The position numbers and the translations under genes were made by a program. A stretch of DNA of 64,000 bases from Octopus sinensis (Eukaryota). The stretch spans positions 37,262,001 through 37,326,000 of the forward strand of contig NC_043015.1 of NCBI RefSeq assembly GCF_006345805.1, in the 5' to 3' direction. Below the pieces are notes generated by a model that saw only the letters and a list, made by a program, of their open reading frames with translations, made no database searches and was not told where the DNA came from. Below are positions 13,281 to 26,369 of this stretch, one piece after another; the first letter of the stretch is position 1; each line of letters starts with the position of its first letter.

Positions 13281-15195
13281 ATCTGTTTTTCATCATTCTC
13301 TTCTTTTTCTTTCCTGCTTCATATTCACCATTCATTTCTTCTTCCTTTTCTTCTACATCGACTCCATCATCTCCATCTCCGTCTTCTTGTTCTTCATCAG
13401 AATCATCAAAATTATCTCCTTCTCGTTTTATTTATTGCTGAATTTTTATTGCCGTGGATATATGTTTTAACTAATGAATAAGAACAAAAGAAAAACAGCA
13501 AAGACAACAACGCATGCGTTAAGAAATAAATAACCAAACGGAATGATCGACAAAGAAACCAGTTTTATTGTTGTTGTTGTTGTTGTCGTTGTTGTTTTTT
13601 CACAAAGGAAGAATATTCTTCGTTGGAGATCATTCAGTGCATTTCCATATTTACTTGATCTAATTTATAGTTTCTATCAAAGCAACACTACAAAAGAAAT
13701 GTTCTTTGTGGATGAACTAAGTGCTCAAAGAACCGCCGGTCGTGGACATCTCTTCATTCTTCAAATACTTAGTGCAGGATCTACTATAATCCCTCATTTA
13801 ATCCTAACTTCCTCAACTCACAATATATCTTGCTTTTGTTGTTTTATATATGTTTATTTTTCATATTATTTACACTCATCCTTTGCTTTTTAGCTCCGTT
13901 CGTTTTAAGTGCTGTGTATTTCCTTCTCTTTTATTTTGGTTATATGTGCCTGGGTTGAAATGATTTATAAATTCTGACATCTCCATATTCTTGCGGCAAA
14001 TAAGCATTTGCGAGCTCAATCTCATTTCAGGCGGTAGATAAATGCGACTGATATAGGAAAGATGGTGACGTACCTTTTCTTGCTGTCGTTCTATTTCTTT
14101 TCTTCGTCTTGCTAATGTTTTTGCTATTGTTGTTTTTGTGATGTTCTGTTTTTATTATTGTCAGTGTTAGATGAAACTTCGATAAATCTGCTTAAAATGC
14201 TAATAGTAAATCATACTGTTATTCTTAGACGCATAAAATACATTAACAGCATACCAAACAACTGTTGTTAAATAGTTCTGTTTGAGAAAATATATGATGC
14301 AAATTATAGACAGTTGAGAATTCGGTTACAGCAATTCCTATACGAAAAACCAGGAACGTCGAAACATTAGGAAATAGAACAGAAATATTAGTCTTGCATC
14401 CTGTTACAAACTTAAATCGAAGATTCGATAAAGTGGTGTTGGTACATTTAGTGTTGACTTTGTATTATTTATCCATTTAGTTCAATTATTCCAGCTTTAC
14501 CATTGTAGAATTTTCCATTTTAAAACTATTTAAGCTTGAAATGATTAAGTACTTAAGATTGAAATATTCTTCTCGTTTGCTTCTCCTCTTTTTCAATTTT
14601 TTTTTCTATTTCTAATTTATTGTCGGAATGTGCTTTATAAGCTAGAATTCCTGTTATCGAAAGAACTACTCTGTGGAAATTGATGCGCAAATATCCTTGC
14701 TCTTTCCACGATAGTCATTTTGCAACTCTAGTGGTAATGGGTAATAATTTTCGTTCAATTTAGTCAATGGCCATAATTCGAAGAAAATCCATTTGCGTTA
14801 ATGAAAATTACAGTCAAAAGAGCAGGGGAGTGAACTCTTAAATTATCAATTACCAAAAATTAAATGGTGACATGTAGAAAGTTGTGTTATCGTCTGCTTT
14901 GAATTTTGTAAAGTAATTTACATAAGCGCAAATAAATAAATTTCCTTCTCATTACGTTTATTTGATTCAGTCAATTAAAATTATAGTCTTTGCTACCAGA
15001 TTAAATATACTAACGTGTTCTTGATTATGTATTTCATATTGCACAGAGAATGCCACACCATTCCAATATCCCCCAATACCAACCATTATTTAATTACCTA
15101 ATCAGTGGATTATTTTAACTGCATCACTTTACGCTCCAGGTGTCGAAGGTCGGGTGACGCTACATTTCATTGTGTGTGCTGCCGTTGAGGTTCAA

Positions 15196-15300
<105 letters not shown>

Positions 15301-15633
15301 CTTACTCTCTTTTACTCTTTTACTAGTTTCAGTCATTTGACTGTGGCCATGCTGGAGCACCGCCTTTAATCGAGAAACTCGACCCCGGGACTTATTCTTT
15401 TGTAAGACCAGTACTTATTCTATCGGTCTCTTTTGCTGAACCGCTAAGTAACAGGGACATAAACACACCAGCATGGGCTTCTTTCACTTTCCGTCTACCA
15501 AATCCGCTCTCAAGTCTTTGGTCGGCCCGAGGCTATAGTAAAAGACACTTGCCCAAGGTGCCACGCAGTGGGACTGAACCCGGAACCATGTGGTTGGTAA
15601 GCAAGCTACTTACCACACAGTCACTCCTGCGCC
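15301..15633 (-). mobile_element. Family B SINE with internal deletion
   Basis: Head GGCGCAGGAGTGACTGTGTGGTAAGTAGCTTGC, core GGCACCTTGGGCAAGTGTCTT, tail CAGTCAAATGACTGAAACTAGTAAAAG; the central microsatellite segment is missing. Confidence 0.88.
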
Positions 15634-15942
15634 TATATATATATATATATATTATATATATATATATATATATAATATAATAGACCTTTATATAAATGAA
15701 TACACGATGGGACGAACAAAAAGACAAACGGGTCATTCAAAGCCTTCATTCTTCAGTCAGAAACTGATCCCTCATCGCAGATTTCGGCTGTTTAATTCTG
15801 AGATCCGCTCTGAATCAGCCAGCCACAGAAGGAAAGAATGAAACGCAACAGAGACGAACATGAAACGAAAAATCTTTTTTGGGGAGAGTAACGGTTAAAA
15901 ACATGGATGACATAGGCGCCCTACGGCTTTGAGACAAACAGA

Positions 15943-15944
<2 letters not shown>

Positions 15945-15973
<29 letters not shown>

Positions 15974-16018
15974 TGTATGTATGTATGTATGTATGTATGT
16001 ATGTATGTATGTATGTAT
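15945..16018. repeat. (ATGT)n tetranucleotide microsatellite
   Basis: Direct inspection. Confidence 0.95.
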
Positions 16019-16720
16019 ATAGAGAAATGGTGAGAAAGAGAGATATTAGATTGTTACTCAAATGAATAATGTTAATATCAGCAGCATCTAAGTGAAGAAT
16101 TCTGGCTATTCCACTGCATATTTGGTTTACATTTTTTACGGTTTTTGTATAATGTTCTTATGACGGCAACGCTATTTTGGTTCTCGCATCTCGAAACATG
16201 TTCTTCAACTGAATAGGTTCACTTAATAATATAATAATTGTATAACTGATCATGCTTTTACGGACATGAAGGGAACAACCGCCGCAGCACAAATGAAACG
16301 ACCGATTTAAACTATCGTTCGAATCATTTGTTAGATTCTTCTGATTCTATACACATGTGTTTTGGGAGGGGGTATAAATGTATGTGTGTGTGTGTGTGTG
16401 TTCTTGTGTGTTTTCGTGTGTGTGTGTGTCATAGCGTACAATCGATACAAAGGTAAAGAGAACTTATGAAGAGTGAAAAATCCAAAGTTTTGGAAAGTGT
16501 CTTTTCTCATGGCAAATTTTAAGAGGCAAAATTAATATGAAAGGCTGATGTCATTCCACACATCCTCGTTACCTGCATACATCATACATAGCTACACACA
16601 CACACACACCACACACACACATCGGCATTAATTCTGAACTCTTAATGGAATCGCGGAGCTTAGATTCAAAATGGATGGATGCTAATCAGTACGAATGCTA
16701 CTATTGCAAGGAAAACTTAC

Positions 16721-16789
16721 CTCGCTGATCACAGAATCTCTTTTTCTTTTAATAACATTCGATCCTTGCATTTTCATTCTGATTTCAAT
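16721..16789 (-). CDS. Candidate 69-nt phase-0 exon IEIRMKMQGSNVIKRKRDSVISE
   Basis: Consensus donor GAG|GTAAGT, acceptor TTGCACTTAG after a T-rich tract, open frame; no homology recognised. Confidence 0.3.
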
Positions 16790-17284
16790 CTAAGTGCAAT
16801 TCCATAAAAATGATAAAATATTTCCAAAATATTTTTAAATAATGTTAATAGCAACATCAAAGGTAGAGATATTATAGCAATCGGTGCATAGGACAACTGT
16901 GCAGCATGATTGGTATTAGTGTTAGTCTGTCGCTTGGATGATAACATCAGAGGTTTGCGACGAAAAATAAAACATGGTCGCTAGCTAATAAGATCTAACA
17001 AAATTTCAAATGTTAATCCACACCCAACAATCGTGACTTAGGAGAATGCTTATTTTGGTTCTTCACACAATTCTAATATTTAACACGTTAACCGTGACTT
17101 CAGAGATGAATATTGCATTATTTACCATTGTGTCTTTCCCTATAGATTGATGGTAAATTAAATTCTTTCTACTTTATTTAATCTGAAAATTTCTTCTTTT
17201 CTTTTCTCAATCTGGTGGCGACGGAGAATAATAACTCTCATAACACACCTGTATTATTTTTATTGTGGTTGTTATTGCCATAGT

Positions 17285-17421
17285 TGATCATCATCATCAT
17301 CATTATCATCATTTTCTTCTTCTCTTCTTCTTCTTCTTCTTCTTCTTCTTCTTCTTCTTCTTCTTCTTCTTCTTCTTCTTCTTCTTCTTTTCTTCTTCTT
17401 CTTCTTCTTCTTCTTCTTCTT

Positions 17422-17460
<39 letters not shown>

Positions 17461-17661
17461 TTACTACAACAACAACAACAACAACTACTACTACTACTAC
17501 TACTGCTACTACTACTGCTGCTGCTGCTGCTACTTCTTCTTCTCCTCCTCCCCTCCTCATCCGCCTCTTTCTTCTTCTTTTACTTCATCGTTATCATTAT
17601 CATCCTTGTTATGTTATAGCTGCTGTTGTTGTTGTTGTTGTTGTTGTTCTTCTTCTTCTTC

Positions 17662-17701
<40 letters not shown>

Positions 17702-17786
17702 CATCATCATCATCATCATCATCACCATCATCATCATCGTCATCATTATTATAATAATAATTATTATTATTATTGTTGTTGCTATT

Positions 17787-17817
<31 letters not shown>

Positions 17818-17845
17818 TTATTATCATTATTATTATTATCATTAC
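17285..17845. repeat. Long compound trinucleotide array (CAT, TTC, CTA, CAA, CTG, GTT, TTA)
   Basis: Direct inspection; explains the poly-F/S/T/I/L ORFs. Confidence 0.95.
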
Positions 17846-18609
17846 GATGAAAAGGGAAATATTCGTCATTTTGCATATGAAGTCTTTGTGCTTAAACGTG
17901 ACACAGCTATAATGGAGTTATGATAATAAATATCTTCTACACCAACTATTTCAACTGCGTAAAAAACATATTTATTCTCTTTTAGTTTTCCTTATTTCTT
18001 TCACCTCTCAGGATGTTTGAATACCTGAAATAATAAAATAACAAACAGAATTCCTAAATTTAGTTCTCTCCTTTTGCCAAGTTCAAACCCAATCGCGGTA
18101 CTATTTGACTCCAAGACTCCGAAGCCAATGATTAAAACAGAACGCTGCTCACATCAACTGAGATCAAATAAATATAGAAATAAATCTCAGGTAAATGGTT
18201 GCGCCTATCACAAACTCGTTAAGCATGGAAAGTCTCTCAATTTTACACAATATTATTACAGCAAGTTTGTTACATAAGAAAATCATAACAATGAAGCCAT
18301 CTTCGGAAGCAAGGTAACGGAATGTCTTATCTTCAGTGTAAATATGGCTGAATGTCAGATGATTATAAATGAAGATATTGCCGGGTAAGAATTATACTAA
18401 AGCTTAGGAATTATACTGAAGGAATTATACAGTTAGTCGAAAGACGACATTTCACAAAAGAGCTATTGTAAGATGGGTTGTGATTTCACAGCTTATCTTA
18501 TTATTTTGGAGTTGAAATTGTTTGGTAAGTCACTAGAGTTGAAATCGTCTGTTTAATTGAAACAATTTCATAAATGGTTATATCAGGAGTGTAATTTAGA
18601 ATGCATATA

Positions 18610-19044
18610 TTCTTCTTAATCCTTTTTGCCCCTTGTGAAGCATAGGGCCTCAAAAGTTGTGTTCCACCTTTTGCGGTCATTGATGTGTTTCTTGGCTGCT
18701 TCCAATGTCAGGCCGGTAGTCCTGAGCTCGTCCAAAATTCTCCGCTTCTATGTCTGCTGCGGGCGTCCTCGCTTCCTTTTCCCCTGCGAGTTCCAGTCAA
18801 GTGCTCGTCGTGTCACATTTGGGGGTTCTTTCCACAGTGTGCGTTCGATCCATCTCCGTTTCCTTCGTCTAATCTGAACATGTATGGGCTCCTGGCTGGC
18901 CCTTTCCCACAGGTCAGTGTTTGGCACTCTGTCGAACCACTTCATATGGAGGATCTGCCGGAGACATTTGTTGATGAAGGTCTGGATCTTCTTGTAGTTG
19001 CTGCAGGTGATTCTCCATGTCTCGGAGCCATACAAAAGCAACAG
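18610..19044 (-). mobile_element. 5'-truncated RTE-clade LINE 3' end
   Basis: LLYGSETW...IQTFINKCLRQILHMKWFDRVPNTDLWERASQEPIHVQIRRRKRRWI...ALDWNSQGKRKRGRPQQT is a typical RTE C-terminus; short AAG tail. Confidence 0.9.
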
Positions 19045-19299
19045 ATTTTACGTTTGAAGAATGCATATATGCAGTTACATTTATTTTTAGTTTACCTTGT
19101 AATAGCATTTATGTGTTATGAAACTTTCCTCTCACACATACGATCTGGCTAAGGATATCTCTGTTTCGATATTAGTGGTGGTGGTGGTGGCGGCGAGCCT
19201 AATACGGCGGATGAGTCTTTATGGAAGTAATAGAAAAAAGAAACCAACGAGTACCTAAATTATTCTTTTGTATATATAATACCACCAGCAATGACACTA

Positions 19300-19405
19300 T
19301 GTTTGTTGCTTCTCGAGCCACACCTGGCTCATAAGGGCCGGTTTTCCGATTTCCTTGGCGTATAGGTTCCCCACCTGGACGGAACGCCGGTCCGTAGCAG
19401 GAGAC
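19300..19405 (-). mobile_element. 3' fragment of the family C SINE tail (see 25808-26109)
   Basis: CCTGCTACGGACCGGCGTTCCGTCCAGGTGGGGAACCTATACGCCAAGG...GGCTCGAGAAGCAACAAAC matches the 3' third of the 25808 element. Confidence 0.8.
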
Positions 19406-21334
19406 AATATCACTATGGTCATACTGTAGTAGACTTGTCTGTATTTTAAGCTTAGTCACAATGGTCAAGGATCACATCTTATATATTTCTCCTACACGTA
19501 CAATTTTGTAACTCCAATTTGCAAATGAAACATGTAATAGTAAGAAAATATTACCAAATATTCTTTTCCAGTCTTTTATATATGCATCAACACAAACATA
19601 CACATATCTGCATGTTGGTTATTCATTTCTCTCAAGACGTTATTTGGAAGAGATCTAGTCGATACGTCTGACATCCTGCGTCTCCATTTCCTGTTTCAAT
19701 GGTGGCAGCCGTAAGATTTTCGGGTCTTGCTTTGTTGCACCAAAGGCAAGTGACCCATTGAAATCATCATCAAAGATATTCTATTCATGGTAAACTTTAT
19801 ATGAAGAATATATAAGTGTGTGTGATCTATCCTTTTTTTTTAGAGAAACGGAAGTGATATACGTGTCAGATAGATTTGACAGCTATTTCTAATTGGCCTA
19901 GTAATATACCATAGAAATATACCCCCGTTGTTGTATATAAACTACCTTCGAAAGAAAGCGTATACGAATTTATAACATATATCAATTATAATCGACATTA
20001 TTGGCGTCCATTTTAATAAATTAGTTTCAAGCAGATATCGCAAAATAATCACGTAGCAGACTTGCAATAGGTATGTTTATGTCTCTACTGTAATCAATAC
20101 CGGATGTAGATAATCTCATTAGTATTCAGATTCTCATTAGTATTCAGATAATATTCGAAAATATAATTTGCATATTTTCATATATTAAAATTAATCAAAA
20201 TAAGTTTTAGTATTCAGCGTGGAATAAAAGGGTTGATCTCATATCGCTAGATGGAAATATGCATGTGATATGGAAATATGAGAATATATGCGCATGCGTG
20301 ATTGTGTGCTTATCGGTTTGTGTTTATGTGTGTGTTTTTGTGTGTATGTGCGTGCGTGTTTACATGTGCGTGAGTGTTTACATGTGCGTGTGTGCGTGCG
20401 AGCATGTGTGTGTGTGTGTGTGCCTGTGTGTGTATTTATACGCCTGCGTATACACATGCGCTGCAGGCATTCGCCATATATTATAACTGATTACACATCA
20501 AATCTTTTAGATGCGATGATACATATGTTATGTTCGTCTTTGTGCGGAAGAGAGAGACAGAGGTGGGGAGAGAGAGACAGAGGGAAAGAAAGAAAGAGTG
20601 AGAGTGCGTGAGTGAGAAAGTCCGCTTCTGCATCAGAGCGTATCTCATTACATATTTAAACGTCTGCATAGGAATATACGTGTGTGTATATGTGTTTAAC
20701 TCTCTCCTCTTCTCTCTCTCTCTCTTTCTCTTTCTCTCTCTCTCTCTCTCTCTCTAAATATTTATATATATGTATGTATGCCTTTATGCAAGTATATGTA
20801 CATATATACACATATGTGTTTCTTTTTTCCTTGCATATATATGCAAGTTTATATGTATGTATATATCTCAATTCAAGTATATGTATGGGCGTCAAAAAAG
20901 TAATCGACTTTCAGCTGTTACTAAAGAAATGTTCACATACTAAATAATAAATGCACTAAATACATTTGGAAGGTGTATGGCTGGATACACATGCGCAGAC
21001 ACACGCATACAATCCATCCATCTCTGTATGTATGTATCTATGTTCATATATACATATGCGTATTTTATAAATATACATATACATATATAATATATACATA
21101 TGTATATATATATATAATTATCTATATACATAAGTATATATGTATATATATGTATATATATATATATGTATATATATATATAAATATATATATATGTATA
21201 TATAAGTATGTATATATATTATATTATATATATTTTTATATATATATATACCTTGACAGAAAGAGAGAGAGACAACGATAATGTGAGGGAAGAAGACAGA
21301 CAGACATACATGCAGTAGGATAGAAAGACATGCA

Positions 21335-21445
<111 letters not shown>

Positions 21446-22003
21446 ATGTTGATATATATTCGCAGACAGGTAGCGAATACGAAAATAATAAACTGAGAGA
21501 TGCGTATGAAGTTTACAAGAGTAAAGCAAAGTCAAAAAAACGAAAAAGAAAAAAGAAACGAAAGAAAATTGAATAAGAAAAACGAAACAAACAAATACTA
21601 AAGTTCTTTTAAAAATAATTGGTATGCTGAAAGGAAGCACTAGAAGCCTGCAAGAAATATTCAACAAAATTAATGAAAGAGTAAAATATTCCAAGCCAAG
21701 AGAGCAAAACGCAATGACTTCCACGAGAAAGCTCTATAGAATCTCACCGCACCATCTTTATGGAATGACACGGTAATATTTCTATTCTAGAAGAAATCTT
21801 TCTCTGGGATTCAAAGAATATGCTAAGAATTGGCATTATGCTCGGCATATGATATTTAAACATATATTAAATGTGAAACCTTTCGGTGCTGCGACTAATT
21901 ATTGACATTAGAATACATACGTGACTCTTTCGTGCGGGATTTAAATGCTTTATACATACATGTGTGAGCACGCGCGCGCGAGGTGATTTGTGTATGTCTG
22001 TGC

Positions 22004-22052
<49 letters not shown>

Positions 22053-22209
22053 TGCATGTGCATATGTATCTACGTAATTGCATAGTTATAAAAAGCCATA
22101 AGATAAATGTCTATATACACGTATAACATATGCGCATATATATATATATATTATATATACACACACAAACACACACACACCTATATATATACATATATAT
22201 ACATATAAG

Positions 22210-22268
<59 letters not shown>

Positions 22269-22519
22269 TATAAATTTATACATATAGATAGAGATATATA
22301 TTCATATATACATATACATACACATGCACATACATGCATACATACATATATATGCATACGTGCACCTATAGATGGATACAGACGTACAGGTATGCAGACT
22401 TACAGATGCATAAAGATAGAAATGCAAACGTCGAGAAAATATTATTATTTTGCCCTTTGGCAGTGTATTTTGGCGCATATTCAGTGTGTGTAATCTCAAT
22501 TTCTTTCGTTGTGAAAATA

Positions 22520-22567
22520 TTATTATTATTATTATTAATGATAATAATAATAATAATAATAATAATA

Positions 22568-22602
<35 letters not shown>

Positions 22603-22775
22603 TGATAATAATAATGATAATAATAATAGTAAGAAGAAGAGGAGAAGAAGAAGAGGAAGAAGGAGAAGAAGAAGAAGAAGAAGAAGAAGAAGAGGAAGGA
22701 GAAGAAGAAAAAAGAAGAAGAAGAAGAAGAAGAAGAAGAAGAAGAAGAAGAGAAGAAGAAGAAAGAAGAAGAAGT
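22520..22775. repeat. (TAA)n grading into (GAA)n array
   Basis: Direct inspection. Confidence 0.95.
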
Positions 22776-22783
22776 ACGTGGTT

Positions 22784-23026
22784 GTGGCTTTCATGACTTA
22801 TCTAAAATGATTGGAAGTGTTATCATGTACATTGTTTTTTCTTGGTATAAAAGTTGGGCTACAGCAAATATTCTGCTCAATACCAGAGATTTGTTTGTCA
22901 GTTGTTTGACCTAAACCAGTTGAACATGTCCCTTAGGGGCTGACGATATGTGCATCTCTGATCACGAGCAGAAGTAGAGGGGGAGCATCATAGCCATGTG
23001 TTGAGAGGGATTATTTGCGGTTTGGA
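22784..23026 (+). mobile_element. Partial (5' part) copy of the 558-bp non-autonomous element
   Basis: Reverse-complement match to about 24085-24325 (GATTGGAAGTGTTATCATGTACATTG...GAGCATCATAGCCATGTGTTGAGAGGGATT). Confidence 0.85.
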
Positions 23027-23039
23027 GACATCTTCCTTA

Positions 23040-23610
23040 ATACAAACTGTAATACTCTTCAGCAAAGATATAGGCATGGAATTTGGCATGTTATGTTTGC
23101 AATATTAGTGATGAAAAGGGGACAGGTACTCAACAGCGAAGGCACCCATTTACCAGAAGGTCAGACATGAAAATCGTTGAAAGAGGAGAGATTTATACGT
23201 ATCTAGGAGTCTTAGAATCTGACAGAGCACTAACTACAGAATTGGAAACGAAAATTGAGGAGTACATCAGAAATGTGAGGAAGCTAATGAAGTCAAAGCT
23301 GAACGGTCCGAATCTAGTGAAGGCTATAAATACTCGGCACTATCATAACTTAAATACTCAGCAGTTTTTGTAGATTGGACAAAAACTGGAGTAGCAGGCT
23401 AGTCAGAAGAACTAGGAATGAATTCAATATGAATGGAGGACTCCACCCAGGGGTGAGAGTAGCAAGATTATAACTACCTAGAAAGGAGGGTGGAAGAGAG
23501 TTAATATTAGTAGAAGACTGCGTGGAGTTAGCTAGAGTAGACATAAGTCATAATGAAGAAAGGTTTTAAAAGCTGCTGGATTCACAGCAAGACACAGGGA
23601 AACCAAAACA
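23040..23610 (+). mobile_element. Degraded R4/NeSL-like LINE RT thumb fragment
   Basis: FSKDIGMEFG, YTYLGVLE, VRKLMKSKLNGPNLVKAINT and HPGVRVARL*LPRKEGGREL parallel the intact motifs at 39500-39990. Confidence 0.8.
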
Positions 23611-23708
23611 ACAAACGAAATTAAAAACCATCACCATCGTCATCATTATCAGCAGCAGCAGCAGCATCGTCAGCATCATCATCAAACCCATTATTATTAT
23701 TATTATTA

Positions 23709-23770
<62 letters not shown>

Positions 23771-23789
23771 TATTATTATTATTATTATT

Positions 23790-24347
23790 GAGTGAGAGAG
23801 CAGTTCATGCCATCAAAGTGACACTGGGGTAAAATATACGAAGCCCAGTATACCTATCATGACTACCCGCCCGATAAGGGTACACCAGGCACATGCATCA
23901 CAACCATATGTGCGCGACATGGTGATCTCATATCAAGATAAACAGCACATGACCTTGCAGGTGGGGCCCAGTTAGAATTTTCTTGAGGTTGTGTAGCCCA
24001 TCCCGCTCAAAAGGTCCCTGAATAAGGGTTGTTTAAGGATGTTGAAAGAACCACCCATGTTTCCAGAGGTGAATTATTCAAACCCCAAAGAATCCCTCTC
24101 AACACATGGCTATGATGCTCCCCCACTACTTCTGCTCGTGATCAGAGATGCACATATCGTCAGCCACTAAGGGACATGCTCAACTGGTTAAGGTCAAACA
24201 ACTGACAAGCAAATCTGTGGTATTGAGCAGAATATTTGCTGTAGCCCATCTTTTATACCAAGACAAAACAATGTACATGATAACACTTCCAATCAGTTAA
24301 GATCAGAAGCCATGAGAGCCACTGCCTGGTACTGCATCAGGGCATTT
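23790..24347 (-). mobile_element. 558-bp non-coding retroelement-like insert bounded by (TAA)n arrays
   Basis: The minus strand begins AAATGCCCTGATGCAGTACCAGGCAG after TAA repeats and ends CTGCTCTCTCACTC(AAT)n; a second partial copy lies at 22784-23026. Orientation is inferred from the tail. Confidence 0.7.
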
Positions 24348-24361
24348 ATTATTATTATTAT

Positions 24362-24990
24362 TATTCCTTCATAGCAGTGTAGGCAAATATTCACCGGAGT
24401 TTGTATTTAGTCATCTGCCAAGTCACAACAATGACTTCAGACAAACATATCTATTAAGCAACACGTTACCCTGTCGTCCTCGATTACAATGTCTGGTCGA
24501 CTGGAGACAATTTCTGTGCCTATTTGTATCTTGAAGTTTCAAAGGATGGTGCCGCCCTCGCCATTTACTACACCTTCTGTATGATGCCTGTACCACTTAA
24601 GATGGAATTTAATTTTGTTGCATTTACAAGCATTCCAGTGGATGTACTGCCCTAGTCTGTCATGTCTTATGAGGTAGCCCTGTTCAGCGAGGACTGGGCA
24701 GTCAGAAACAACATGACCAATTGTCTCAGTGAATTTTCCGCAAATTCTGAACAAGGGGTCAGATCCGTCTTTAAGAACGTTTGCATGGTAGTTTGTGGTA
24801 GGTAAGCTCTGCTCTTGAGCTACAATAGCAAAACCTTCTGTTTTCCCTTTCAGACCTGTCCCTTGTAGCTATTGGTGTGTTAGATTTTAATCAATATCTA
24901 CCTTGGATGGGCAGTTAGAGTATTTTTTCCATTCAGGGGATTGCCTTTCCATTTGTCTTCGATATTATTCATGCAGGCCTTCTTTGCTTT
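24362..24990 (-). mobile_element. R4/NeSL-like LINE fragment (CCHC zinc knuckle region)
   Basis: KTEGFAIVAQEQSLPTTNY...FRICGKFTETIGHVVSDCPVLAEQGYLIRHDRLGQYIHW...KWYRHHTEGVVNGEGGTIL. Confidence 0.88.
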
Positions 24991-25027
24991 TTGTTTGATG
25001 TTTTGATGTTCATTATTATTATTATTA

Positions 25028-25102
<75 letters not shown>

Positions 25103-25807
25103 TATTATTACTACTACTACTACCACTACTACTATCATTTGCATTATTATTATTATTATTCTTTTTTATTATTATTGTTATTATTATTATTTATTACACT
25201 GCATGACCACAAAATACAAGGATCGCCTATGGCAGATCTTGGCTTTCGAAGATGGGAGCAGGATTTCTTTAGAATTTGCTTCGAGATCCTGGCGATGGTA
25301 TTTTCTGAGCAGTTTTGCACAAAGTAAAATGTCAAATGTAAATTTCTATCGCAAATATATTAACTTTATGCATCTTCGGCCGGAAGCAAACCGGTCGGAG
25401 AGTGTTACACTTTAAAGCAGAATGGTAGAAATCGTTATTCAACTACGGCTGCAAGGATAAATTATAGAAGGTAGCCTCAACGTAGCAAAATAATTATTAT
25501 GCAATGTTACCTGAGGAAAGTCTGTGAAAATAAGATATCGAAAAAACTGCATAAAATATGAATAAAGAACAACGTGTTCTTTTTCTCATGATAGAGTTTT
25601 CTAGATGGGAAAAATTAAATTATGAATTGAAAAATCTATCCGAGATCGTCAAAAAAGAGAGAGAAAAAGGACAGGCATAGCTTCGTAGCGAAGGAAATTG
25701 AGGAAGGGGACAAGATTAGAAAGATCACTGGACGTTGAGAAATAAAGAAATTGTAGTGTAACAGAAAACGAGTTCCACTTCACGGAGAGGAAAGCTATTA
25801 CTGTGGA

Positions 25808-26109
25808 GGCACATAGCTTAGTGGTTAGAGCAGCGGACTCGCGGTCGAGGGATTGCGGGTTCGAATATCAGACCGAGCGATGTGCGTGTTTATGAGCGAC
25901 AACACCTAAGCTACACGCGGCTCCGTCAGAAGGTAATGGTCAACTTCTGATGTATTTTTCGCCACAACTTTCTCTCACTCTTTCCTCCTGCATCTTGCAG
26001 CTCACCTGCGACGGACCGGCGTCCCGTCCAGGTCGGGAACCTATACGCAAGTAAACCGGGGAACCGGCCCTTATAAGCCAGGCTTGGCTCGAGAAGGTAC
26101 AAACAAAAA
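25808..26109 (+). mobile_element. Full-length tRNA-derived SINE, family C, with 17-bp TSD
   Basis: Head GGCACATAGCTTAGTGGTTAGAGC (A box)...GGGTTCGAATATC (B box); TSD AAAGCTATTAC(T/A)GTGGA at 25791-25807 and 26110-26126; CAAA/A tail. Confidence 0.9.
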
Positions 26110-26369
26110 AAAGCTATTACAGTGGAAGGCCGGAACTAATTTCAACGTTTACACAGTCACAAATTATGAATAGAACGATAGAAAGGAATTCTGAGTTGAG
26201 TGAAAGTTAAAAACTATATAAACAAGTGAAGATCACGATAAAATATTATCGAAAATCAAAGTTGAGAGTATCGTAAATAATCACAGAGAGTGCCAAACCA
26301 AACAAAGCCACCAAACGAAGGCTCTGTTACTGTAGCAACGCTTAATGTTAAAAGTCATCTCGAAGTCTA

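Noticed and set aside
19630-19790. Apparent exon TLFGRDLVDTSDILRLHFLFQWWQP with GTAAG donor
   Set aside because: The opposite strand resembles a decayed RTE C-terminus, so the splice signals are likely fortuitous.
24290-24347. HDV-like ribozyme at the 5' end of the 558-bp element
   Set aside because: A P3/L3-like hairpin can be drawn, but P1.1, P4 and P2 cannot be completed.
25808-25880. Possible tRNA gene
   Set aside because: A and B boxes are present but the acceptor stem does not close; it is the head of a TSD-flanked SINE.
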